Shown: positions 46,834-57,194 of the stretch, piece by piece
How the letters are laid out: each line of letters opens with the position of its first letter
Numbering within the stretch: position 1 is the first letter of the stretch
NCBI RefSeq assembly: GCF_000372725.1
Contig: NW_005201113.1
Location: forward strand, 124,001-188,000
Length of the DNA stretch: 64,000 nt
Source of the DNA: Emiliania huxleyi CCMP1516
Taxonomy: Eukaryota
Reading direction: 5' to 3'
The notes under the pieces: generated by a model
What the model saw: only the letters and a program-made list of their open reading frames with translations
The model's database searches: none
Told to the model about the DNA's origin: nothing
Program-made: the position numbers and the translations under genes

Positions 46834-49356
46834 CTAGCCTAACAGCCCCTGCAGGTAGGTTTGCCGCTCCTTGGCCGTCGCGAAGCCGTCCCACTCGTAG
46901 AATGGAACGCTGATCACCCTCCAGCCAGCCGCCGCGAGGAGGCACCGCTTGAGCAGCGTTGGCCCATTGGGTCTGCGCACGCCCAGGCCGCCGGGCAGCA
47001 GGAAGTGAGAGGGGCCGTCCACCTCGACCGCGATGCGTGACGAGGGCAGCGCCAGGTCGAGCGAGTAGCCGGTGCGCGGCTCGAGATGCTCCTCCTCGAA
47101 GCCGGAGCGGACGGCGGCGAGGGCATCCGCAACCGAACGCTGCAAGCCTGATGGCTGAGCTATGGTCGCCACCATGGCCTCGCGGCAAAGCTGGCGCTCA
47201 GAGGCGGAGAGAAGATGCTGCTGCCCGTCTGCCCCACGTTCCAGAGAAAGCCAGAGCTGCCACTGGTGAAGCTGAGAGCGGTTGCCGACGCTCCACCTTG
47301 ACGGATCCCGCGCGAGCGAGTCGCTGATCACGTGCGAGCAGTCGGCAAGCAGCGCCTGGTGATAATGGTCTGCCGCTGCGTACGCCCACACCGTGTTGGA
47401 CAGGGCCTGCGAATTGAAGCCAGACAGCCCGCCGCGCACCGCCGCCTTCGCCACCGCCGCGTACAGCGCGTCCGCAGCCACGCCCACCGTCGCGTACGCC
47501 CACACCGTGTTGGCTAGGTCCTGAGGGTTGAAGCCAGCCAGCCCGCCGCGCACCGCCGCCTTCGCCACCGCCGCGTACAGCGCGTCCGCAGCCACGCCCG
47601 CCGTCGCGTACGCCCACACCGTGTTGGCTAGGTCCTGAGGGTTGAAGCCAGCCAGCCCGCCGCGCACCGCCGCCTCCGCCACCGCCGCGTACAGCGCGTC
47701 CGCAGCCACGCCCGCTGTCGCGTACGCCCACACCGTGTTGGCCAGCTCCTGCGGCTTGAAGCCAGCCAACCCGCTGCGCACCGCCGCCTCCGCCACCGCC
47801 GCGTACAGCGCGTCCGCAGCCACGCCCGCCGTCGCGTACGCCCACACCGTGTTGGCCAGCTCCTGCGGCTTGAAGCGATCCAGCCCGCTCCGCACCGCCT
47901 CCTCCGCCACCGCCGTGTACAGCGCGTCCGCAGCAACGCCCGCCGTCGCGTACGCCCACACCGTGTTGGCCAGGTTCTGAGGGGTGAAGCCAGTCAACCC
48001 GCTGCGCACCGCCGCCTCCGCCACCGCCGCGTACAGCGCGTCCGCAGCCACGCCCGCCGTTGCGTACGCCCACACCGTGTTGGCAAGGGCTTGAGGCGTG
48101 AAGCGATCCAACCCGCTGCGCATCGCCGCCTCCGCCACCGCCGCGTATAGCGCGTCCGCAGCAACGCCCGCCGTCGCGTACGCCCACACCGTGTTGGCCA
48201 GTGCCTGCGGGTTGAACCCCGCCAACCCGCCGCGCACCGCCTCCTCCGCCACCGCCGCGTACAGTGAACGCACCACCCCTATTTGCAGCCGGCACTTTGC
48301 CGCACCGTGAGCGACGTTCGCCAGTGCTCGCGCATCGCACGAAGAGACGAGGTCGAGCGTGCGCTGCACCAGCTGCTCAAGCTGCCCCTCGTGCCGCCGC
48401 TCGACGCGCTGCTTGCCTAGTTTGTTCCACAGGTTCGCAGCGTGGATGTGGTTCAAGCTCGTGCTGTGCGCAGCAGAGAGCGTGAGCAATGCGTCAGCGC
48501 TGCCAGCCTGGCTTATCAAAGAGGTCAGCTTCCGAGGGTCGACCTGATCACTGTTAGCGCAGCGGAAAGAGAAGGGGCGATCATTGCACATTCGTGCGTC
48601 GCGTCCTTGCGCTCCGTGCATCGGCGGTCGCTCCCGGCGACCGCTGTGCTGAGGCTGCCCCTCGCCGCGTCGGTCATCGCGCCGGTCATCGCGCCGATCG
48701 TGCCAGTCGCGCTCGCCTCTGCCCCAATCGTCGCAGCCCCGCCGCTCGTGTTGCCGCCCGTCATGATGCAGCCGTTGCTCGCCTCGCCATGGCTCGTCGC
48801 GCCATCGCCCATTGGGCCATTGCGGCTCATCGTGCCATCGCTGCTCGCGGCCACTGGACCAAGAGTCGTTGTAGCCGCGCCGCTCGTCATGCCGCCCGTC
48901 ATGGTGCGGCCATTGCTCGCCGCGCAATGGCTCGTCGTGCCATCGCTCAGCGGGCAATTGCGGCTCATCGTGCCTTCGCTGCTCGCGACCACTGCACCAA
49001 GAATCGTTGTAGCCGCGCCGCTCGTCATGCCGCCCGTCATGGTGCGGCCATTGCTCGCCGCGCAATGGCTCGTCGTGCCATCGCTCAGCGGGCAATTGCG
49101 GCTCAGCGTGCCTTCGCTGCTCGCGACCACTGCACCAAGACTCGTTGTAGCCGCCCCGCTCGTCATGCCGCCCGTCATGATGCGGCCATTGCTCGCCTTG
49201 CCAACGCTCGTCGCGCCACCGCAGCTCATCCCGCCGCGGCTCATCGCGTGATCGCGACCGACGTCGCGGTTCGCCCTGCCATCGCCACTCTTCGCGTCCG
49301 CACTCGGCGCGCCATTGCTCATCACGCCAGCGACGCTCCTCGCTCCCATGGGACAT
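46834..49356 (-). CDS. OPR (38-aa repeat) protein with C-terminal RAP domain
   Basis: Seven full and one partial FxPQxLANTVWAYA repeats; GYSLDLA..IAVEVDGPSHF..T.LK..GWRVISVPFYEW; N-terminal ~46-aa R/E/W repeats. Confidence 0.93.
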   Translation of the reverse strand: MSHGSEERRWRDEQWRAECGREEWRWQGEPRRRSRSRDEPRRDELRWRDERWQGEQWPHHDGRHDERGGYNESWCSGREQRRHAEPQLPAERWHDEPLRGEQWPHHDGRHDERRGYNDSWCSGREQRRHDEPQLPAERWHDEPLRGEQWPHHDGRHDERRGYNDSWSSGREQRWHDEPQWPNGRWRDEPWRGEQRLHHDGRQHERRGCDDWGRGERDWHDRRDDRRDDRRGEGQPQHSGRRERPPMHGAQGRDARMCNDRPFSFRCANSDQVDPRKLTSLISQAGSADALLTLSAAHSTSLNHIHAANLWNKLGKQRVERRHEGQLEQLVQRTLDLVSSCDARALANVAHGAAKCRLQIGVVRSLYAAVAEEAVRGGLAGFNPQALANTVWAYATAGVAADALYAAVAEAAMRSGLDRFTPQALANTVWAYATAGVAADALYAAVAEAAVRSGLTGFTPQNLANTVWAYATAGVAADALYTAVAEEAVRSGLDRFKPQELANTVWAYATAGVAADALYAAVAEAAVRSGLAGFKPQELANTVWAYATAGVAADALYAAVAEAAVRGGLAGFNPQDLANTVWAYATAGVAADALYAAVAKAAVRGGLAGFNPQDLANTVWAYATVGVAADALYAAVAKAAVRGGLSGFNSQALSNTVWAYAAADHYHQALLADCSHVISDSLARDPSRWSVGNRSQLHQWQLWLSLERGADGQQHLLSASERQLCREAMVATIAQPSGLQRSVADALAAVRSGFEEEHLEPRTGYSLDLALPSSRIAVEVDGPSHFLLPGGLGVRRPNGPTLLKRCLLAAAGWRVISVPFYEWDGFATAKERQTYLQGLLG

Positions 49357-49588
49357 GCCTGCACTCTTGGCGTCGAGCGAGATGCGTGCGCCAATACATG
49401 GCCGTGACAGCGATTTGGTAGTTTTGGGGCGGGTTTTGGGCGGGTTTTCCACCCAGACTTTTTCAGTGTACGTACTTTTAGCTTACTGGGAGAAAAGAGA
49501 GAGGGGGTTGTGTTCTCTAGGCCCCTAAGGGCCCTACGCGCCCGGCGTGAGAGCTCGGAAGCGAGCTTTGCACGGCGATCGAGGATCT

Positions 49589-50374
49589 CGCAGCAAAACT
49601 GGCCCCAGGTTTTTGGGCTCGGGGGTATACCCAAACTGATCGTGAAAACTCATAGCACGAATTGGTTTCGTCGCAGAGCATGACTCATAAGAGTCCCTCT
49701 GAAGTTTGCGCCCGGAGGCGCCTCTTTTTGCTCGCCAGCCCTCCGCTCAACGGCCGTCGCGCGTCGTCCTGCCTTGCCGTCGCTGGGCGACTCGGAGCGC
49801 GATCGCCGCTCACGGTCCCAGCCCCGGCCGCGCTGCCCTGGCTCCGCGGCGTCGCGCTCGACCTTCCTCCCTACCAGCTGGTCGGCGCCCCGAGAGCCCG
49901 CACCTGAGAGCTCGCTGCTCGGGCGGAGCAGACCTCGAACGAGCGCGAGGCGGCCGTCGAGGCGGAGCATGTGCGGCCGCGCGTGTACGCCCCGTACACG
50001 CGCGGCCGCACGTGCGCGGACCGGTGCGGGAAGTCGCCTGGCTGCCTGGCCGGCTCGGCCGTTTAAATTCCTCTCGCACTCGGCGGCTGCCCAGCGAGCT
50101 CAAAGTGCAGATTGGCACGTCGCTCGTGGCCGGAGCGCGTCGCCACGGAGGCGCAGTTGGCCACCGGCGCGAGCTCAGCGACCCAGGCACTCGCGCTCGG
50201 CTAGCAGGCGCCGCTCTGCGAGCGAGCGCGCTAACTCCCATTGCGCGGAGATACACACGAGAACCGAAATCGAGACCGGAAATGACGTACGTCCTAGGAC
50301 GGCCGACTATGAAAATGAAACCTATGCTGTGCGACGAAACCGAAGCCCAAAAACCTGGGACCAGTTTTGCTGCG
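49589..50374. mobile_element. Segment bounded by 31-bp inverted repeats
   Basis: cgcagcaaaactggccccaggtttttgggct versus its reverse complement at 50344-50374 (1 mismatch). Confidence 0.55.
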
Positions 50375-50932
50375 TCTCTCTCAGTGTATGTGGCTCTTTA
50401 GCTTACACCGTCTTATTAGAAAAGGTATTTACGCGCCACGCCGGCCCTCGACGCGCGCAATGGTCGCACATTGCGCGGTAGCCGGTACGTCTGGATAGGG
50501 GGACACTGACAGCGGGCACGCGATGGCGGCGGGGGATCGCCTCGGCGTTTCTGCCGTAGCAACTCGCCCCGCCGCCTCCAACCGACAGCCGGCGCCTGCA
50601 GCGGCGCGAGATAGCACAAGCCAGCACACAGCCACAAAAGGAGGGGGGGTTCAGGGAAGGGGAGCACCAGAAGAGCGATGCCAAAGAGGAGACACGCCGC
50701 GGACATGGCGGCCGTGGCGGCCGGAGACAGGGCGGGGCAAAAGCGCTCGCCGCCACCCGCGGCAAACGTAGAGAGAGCGCGCGCGCGCGCAAAGTGCAAG
50801 AGTAGAGGTCGAGGGGGTCGCAGCGGCCGGCACCGAGTGTCGCCTCCCCAAGACCGCCGCCCGGAGACGTCACCTCTGCGTGACGTACCGACACCTCTGC
50901 GTGGCGTACCGCCACCTCTGCGTGGCGTACCG

Positions 50933-53900
50933 TCACCTCTGCGTGACGTACAGCTTCGGGTGCGCGGGGTTTGGCGCAACCCGCGCGATGCCGGCGACTC
51001 TCTCGCGGCAGAGCGGGCAGACGCGCGGCCGCAGCTTCCAGCACCGCTCGGCGCACGCGTAGCAGATGCCTCCGTGCCCGCAGTGCAGCAGCACCGCCTC
51101 GCGCGGCCCCGTGAAACAGATCCAGCAGTGGTCGCCCCCCGTCTCGGAGCCGGAGCCGGAGCCGCCATCCGCAGACCCCGCCTCGCTCCTCGACTCGCTT
51201 AACGCCACCGCCCCCCCGCCGCCGCTGCCCGCGCCGCCTCCGCCGAGGAGGGGAGCGCCTCCGAACAGCGCCGCGTCCGCGCCTCGCGCCGAGAGCGGCT
51301 GGTCGTCGATCGAGATTGCAATCTGGCCCGACGAGATTGCAACCTCGTTCGAGAGCTCGCCGCACGAAGCGGAGAGCAGCGGCGCGGAGGCGGAGGCGGA
51401 GGCGGAGGCGGAGGCGGAGGCGGCGGAGGCGGGCATGGCCGAGGCAGTCGCGGCTGCCGCCGCATCCGCCGACTCCGCGGAGAGCGGCGCTGCAGGTAGG
51501 GGCGGATCCGGCGGCGGCGGCGGCGACGGCGCGCAGCGGGGAGCAGCTCGACCGAGCTCGGCTTCGTCGTCGTCGTCGGCGCACGCCTGACCTCGGGCGA
51601 TCTCGGGTGATCTCAAGCGATCTCGGGTGATCTCGGGTGATCTCGGGTGATCGCTCCCTCCCCCTCGCGCCTGAACGCCTCTTGCGAGCGCTGGCAATCT
51701 CCCCCCTCCCCCCTCTCTCCCCCTCTCCCCGGCGCGCACCTCCTGCGACCGCTGCTCGCACGGCATCTCCCCCCCCCTCTCTCCCTCTCTCCCTCTCCCC
51801 CTCTCCCCGGCGCGCACCTCCTGCGACCGCTGCTCGCACGGCGCGACCAAGCAGGCCGAGTGCTCCGGCGGTGCGAACTGGCGCTCGAGCGGCCCCTGCA
51901 CGACGCGGAAGAGCGTCGACGACTCGCGGACGAACATCCAAGGGAGGTCCTCGAGCGGCGGCTCGTCGTCCGCCTAGGAGAAGGTTCCGAGAAGCTTCGT
52001 GGAGAGCTCCGAGAAAAGAGGTCCTCGAGCGGCGGCTCGTCGTCCGCCTCCACATCAGCGTCGGTGGCGGCGCGGACGGCGCGGCGGGAGAGGGAGACGG
52101 CCATGAAGAAGACGGCGCCGGTCATCACGGTGAGCAGCAGCAGCAGGGCGGTGATGTAGGGCAGCATAATCGCCTCCGCGGAGATCAGCCGGTCGCCGTC
52201 CAGCCACGCCGTCAGCCGCACCAGGAAAGTGAGGGCGGGCACAAACAGCGCGACGGTCAGCGAGAAGAGGAAGAGGAGCAGCGCCGCCAGCGGCGTGACC
52301 ACGCAGCGGCGCAGCAGCATCGGCAGCCCGCAGCAGGCGGCGAAGCACAGCGTGAAGCCGAGCAGCGCACCGAAGAGGTAGACGGGCCAGAAGAGCGACG
52401 CCCACGTGACGCGGTCGTAGTTGTACGCGCCTACGTGCTGAATACGCCAACCTCGGGGCGGGAGGACGGCAGTGTGCTGGGTGTTCAGAGCACCGCGTGA
52501 GTACAACGGAGAAGAGTACAGTGAATACAGCGGAATACGGTCTAATAAGGCTGAATCCGTGTCCTCTCGAGCGCTGGTTGGGAGACATGAACGCGTGTTC
52601 CGCTTCTAGTTGTACGCGCCGTCCAGCTTGAAGGAGACAACCATCCAGAGCACATGCAGCGCGGAGAAGGGGAAGCCGGGGCGCCGGTTGCGGACGTCGG
52701 GCTCCTTCGCAAAGTGGAACATGGCCTGCGTGGGAGAGATGGGGAGAGATGGGGAGAGATGGGGAGAGATGGGGAGAGATGGGGAGAGATGGGGAGAGAT
52801 GGGGAGAGATGGGGAGAGATGGGGAGAGATGGGGAGAGATGAGGAGAGATGGGGAGAGATGGGGAGAGATGGGGAGAGATGGGGAGAGATGGGGAGAGAT
52901 GGGGAGAGATGGGGAGAGATGGGGAGAGATGGGGAGAGATGGCTCCATTGCGATGTGGGACATGGCCTGCAGCCCGGCGCCGGCGTAGACTGGCCAGAAC
53001 GCGCGGCACCACGAGCCTACGGGGGAGATATGGGGAGATGTGGGGAGATATGGGGAGATATGGGGAGATGTGGGGAGATGTGGGGAGATATGGAGCGCCG
53101 AGCGTCACGAGCCTACGTGCTGAAGACACCGACATCGAGGCGGGAGGACGGTATCGTGCAGAGCCGTCTTTAGAGGATGCGAGGGCTGCGAATACACTTG
53201 ACTACCGCGGGAGAGGGCGGAGGACGTGTCCTCTCGAGCGCTGGTAGGAGTGCAAGGAGCGGCGTCTCCTCTAGCGCCACACGCCTCTCCCCGACTCGAG
53301 GCGGAGGAGCAAGTTGATCTTGAAGATGATCGAGAGCACGGTCTGCGTGAGCGCGTTCCAGTGGCCGAGCCGTGTGTTGCGGTGCGAGCCGCCTGCTCCG
53401 ACAGAAGGGGAGGGGCGGGGGAGAGGGGGGGGAGGGAGGGAGCGATGGCGAGAGAGTCTTGTGAGGGTGGGTGTGGTGCCAGCTGCACAACCCCGGTCCC
53501 CTCTCAGACTTGCATGTGGCGGCAGTCCCTCGATCACAAGCCCCTGTCCCACGAATCCCTCCCCCCCCCTCCCCCCTACCGCCGTTGCATGTGGCCGACG
53601 CTCAATCACGGGGCTCACTGCCTGGTGTCGCGTGCCACGCTGCGTGCTTGCGATTCTTCGCGGCAATTGACGGCGGCGGCGCGAGTGACTGTGTCCGAGT
53701 GTGTGTTGAGAGAGCAAGGGGAAGAGGCGAGAGAGGGCGTGCGATGGCGCACCCGCGTAGCGCTCCTCAAACGCCTTCCACTTGAGGGTGAGGAGCAGCG
53801 CAAATATGACGTGCCCTGTGCGCGAGCGAACCGGGCGGCGCAGACGCGTCGGTCGGCTGTGCGTCCCGTCGGCGCGGAGGTGCGAGGGGGGGGCGGGGGC

Positions 53901-54073
53901 AGAGATGAACCACGGCGGAGCGGCGGGTGGAAGAGACGCTACCAGAGGTGTGCGTGGCGCTCAGTTGCAAGCGCATCGGGAGTGTCTTGCACACCGACGA
54001 CAGAGACGAGCGCTGGCGTCACGAGCCACGTGAGCTGGCGCGCGCTGCCGTGCGGGGTCGGAGGCGGCTGCAT
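50933..54073 (-). CDS. Multi-pass membrane protein (TMEM185-like) with C-terminal C3HC4 RING; many introns
   Basis: CWICFTGPREAVLLHCGHGGICYACAERC..CPLCR; TWASLFWP, AWLDGD, several TM exons; start uncertain. Confidence 0.75.
52732..52942. repeat. (GGGGAGAGAT)n decamer array in an intron
   Basis: About 21 units directly visible. Confidence 0.95.
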
Positions 54074-54391
54074 GGCGGCGCCGCCTACCGGGCAGCCAAC
54101 CACGGGTGGGTCCGAGCAGTTCAGCCTAGACCGGAGCTCACGCGGGCGGCCGCCGAAGGCGTTCGATCGGCCGGCCGGAGACGAGAGTATGTGCTTGGGA
54201 CGCGAAGAAAGAAAAACGTGCAGCGAACCTCAGGAAGCTCTATAAAATGAACTCGGGGGCACAGGACGCGGCACAAACGGGGAGCTCTTGCGGCTTGCGG
54301 GCAGAGAGAGAACGCAAAAAAAGAAAACTTTTTGCTGTCCAACTCGCGTCAGGGGGGTCTCCAACAGCTCGCGCGAACACAACTTCGCACG

Positions 54392-55405
54392 ATGTCTGCC
54401 GCCTCAAGCATCGATCTCACCGGCGACGAGCCTTTTGGGGAAGGTACTTACCTCCTTATCAGCGATTGCCGGCGTCACTCATATATTGGAGCGACGACGG
54501 ACGTCGAAGCGCGCGTGCGCGAACACAACGGTGGGCGCGGAGCCAAATACACGCGGGAAAACTGCGCCGGCCGCTGGCGGCTCGCGCGTTTCTGGAAGAC
54601 AGCAGGGTGCGGCGACTCGGCCGAGAGTCGGTGGCGAGCCACGCTCAGCCTGGAGCACAGGCTAAAGGAGAGCTGCGGCTGGCGGCGATACCACGGACGT
54701 GGAACCCTGATGGCGGAGGGAGGCTTCCCGTGCGATTTGATGGGGGAGAGGCTGCCGGCGTTGCGGCAATGTTGGGCGTTCTGCCACGCTTGCGCCGAGG
54801 AGGGGGTGCCTCACTACCTGTTTGCTGTCGATGGCACCGGCGCGCCGGTTGCGGGCGACGGCGTGCCGCCGCCGCCGCTCCCGGGCCCTGGCGACGGAAC
54901 GAAGATGTGCTGCTTGGGGCGCTGCCTGGAGAGGGGCGCTGCCTGGAGGGACCGGGATGGCTTCTCATCTGAGATGAAAAGGGGCAACTACGGCTTGCGG
55001 GGATTGCCGCGCTGCACGAGATGCACTTGGTCGGGCGACCAGTCAGGCTATGTTGCGCGGTGTGAGCGGCGGATCGCCAAGAACCGCGCGGGCGACAGCA
55101 GTGGGGAGGAGGAGGGGGAGGAGCAGCAGGAGAGTCAGGGGAGTTTGCGCGAATTCATTACGCCCGACTCCTCCCAGGAGACGGACAGACAGGAGTCCGA
55201 GGAGGAGTCCGAGGTGGAGTCCGAGGTGGAGTCCGAGGAGGAGTCCGAGGAGGAGTCCGAGGAGGAGGAGGAGGGGGAGGGGGAGGGGGAGGGGGAGGGG
55301 GAGGGGGAGGGGGAGGAGGAGGAGCCGCGCACGCAACGCCTGTGGGGGGGGAAGCGCAGGCGCGTGATCCACTCCGACTCTGAGTCTGAGTACGGCTTTA
55401 AGTGA
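54392..55405 (+). CDS. GIY-YIG (SLX1-like) nuclease-domain protein with Cys-rich region and acidic tail
   Basis: GTYLL..SYIGATTD..RVREHNGGRGAKYT..W..LEHRLK; intronless. Confidence 0.8.
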   Translation: MSAASSIDLTGDEPFGEGTYLLISDCRRHSYIGATTDVEARVREHNGGRGAKYTRENCAGRWRLARFWKTAGCGDSAESRWRATLSLEHRLKESCGWRRYHGRGTLMAEGGFPCDLMGERLPALRQCWAFCHACAEEGVPHYLFAVDGTGAPVAGDGVPPPPLPGPGDGTKMCCLGRCLERGAAWRDRDGFSSEMKRGNYGLRGLPRCTRCTWSGDQSGYVARCERRIAKNRAGDSSGEEEGEEQQESQGSLREFITPDSSQETDRQESEEESEVESEVESEEESEEESEEEEEGEGEGEGEGEGEGEEEEPRTQRLWGGKRRRVIHSDSESEYGFK

Positions 55406-55910
55406 AGCCGAGCACGTTTTCTCTCGTCTTTACCTCTTTCGGGTGTGCGGTCGGTGGGGTTCTCTTTTGAAAAGTCCGCGTCCCGAGTCTACTTATATGC
55501 ATTTTACGCCAAGCATGCTGACGTATATAGTGATTAGTGTGTCGGAGGCGACCGTAAAGAATTTTACGACACGCACTCGCACGACGACATATGCACACAC
55601 AGGGGAGCTCGATAAACTCGAGGGGCCAAATTATGCCGCGAGGAGGGCGGAGTTACGCAGAGCGGCGAGAGAAGCAGCGAGAGCAAGGCAGACGGCAGCG
55701 GCGTCTCAGAACGAGGCCGAGGAGAGCGATGAGTCAGAGGATGAAACAGCAGGGGAGAGAACGAGGAGCGACGAGAGTGAGAAGAACGAGAGGTGGCATG
55801 AAGGTCGCTGCGAGAATTGGTGAGAAACTGCGAAGAGAGATAGGAAGTGGTAGACGCCCGAGGGTGGGCGACGGCTAGCAGTAGCACCACACTCCTCTCC
55901 TTAAAAATCC

Positions 55911-56781
55911 CTGAGGGAGGGTGTAGAGGATGTAGAGTGTAGAGCGCTGTAGAGCTGTAGAGATGTAGAGCGCTCTGGAGCGCTGTAGAGCTGTAGAGCT
56001 CTACATCCGCCGCGTGACGAGGCGCCTGCGTTGTAGAGCGATGTAGAGCGCGATTTTGTTGTAGAGTTTGTTGTAGAGGCTCTACAGCCAAACCGCCGGG
56101 AAGGCAGTGACTCAAAGAGGTCGAGCCGCGCTAATGGGGTTTTACCGAGCTTAGTGAAGCTCTGATGGACAGCCCTGACTATCCCTGACACACAGAGAGT
56201 CCCTCTGACGGCACACAACACCCTATAACTGCGTCATGACCAGCCTGCCATGTGTCGCCGGTGCCGCATTCGTCGCTGTGCTTCTTTAGCAGGCGGTGGA
56301 CTGTCGGCTGCGAGGACGGTCGCATTTGCGCGAGGCGAGGCGAGCATTCAGACGCCTTATCTGCGCCATGACTCGCGCCAGCGCGTGCGGGAGCTCCTGG
56401 CTGAGCGTTGAGTCCAGGCGAGTTGCGCTGGCCACGATCGCTACGCCGAGCCGAGCTGACGCGCCGAGGCGCCGGCCAGTCGCAGCCGTGAGGCATGCCA
56501 CAGCAGCAGAGGCATCTGCCACCCATTGGGCGGGCAGACAGAAGGCCAGGGCAGCACTGGCAAGTGCAACGCGCCTCATGTCGGAGAGCGACCGTGCCTC
56601 GTTCGCCGCTTATGATGTAGAGTTTGTTGTAGAGATTTCACGTTGTAGAGCGCCTCTACATCGCTCTACAACGCAGGCGCCTCGTCACGCGGCGGATGTA
56701 GAGCTCTACAGCTCTACAGCGCTCTACATCTCTACAGCTCTACAGTGCTCTACACTCTACATCCTCTACACCCTCCCTCAG
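55911..56781. mobile_element. Non-autonomous DNA transposon, ~130-bp TIRs built of TGTAGAG units, 8-bp TSD
   Basis: ctgagggagggtgtagag...ctctacaccctccctcag; TSD aaaaatcc at 55903 and 56782; empty-site homologue at ~57463-57637. Confidence 0.92.
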
Positions 56782-57038
56782 AAAAATCCCTGTGTGGTGG
56801 CGGCGTGCCGTCCTCCCATCCCTCCCTTGGGTTGTCACTTGTCTGTTTTCTTTTTCTTTCTTTCTGCACACACACACACACATACACACACTCCTACCTC
56901 CCCAGAAATCCCGAGGAGGCGCACAGCGACTAGAATCTAGATATGTCTTGTGTTGCTGTGTGCTGCACGCCCTGCGAGCGGGGCGGGGTGCGCACTGTCC
57001 CTCTGTGTTCGTGTGCGTCGCCCATCTCTCCCTGGAGA

Positions 57039-57065
57039 ACAAACTGGTATTGCTAAAAATCTCTC
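57039..57065 (+). mobile_element. 27-bp micro-insertion with TSD
   Basis: acaaactggtattgctaaaaatctctc flanked by tctctccctggaga at 57025 and 57066. Confidence 0.75.
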
Positions 57066-57194
57066 TCTCTCCCTGGAGATGACTGCGCTATTTATTTATT
57101 TATTGCCGCGAGGAGGGCAGAGTAGTTGCGCCGAAAGGCGGGAGAAGCCACGAGAGCTAGGGATCGGCAGGCGGCGGCGGCGTCGCATTGTACT

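Noticed and set aside
52542..53247. ISPHLSPSLP / GRDGERWGEM repeat proteins
   Set aside because: Translations of an intronic decamer array
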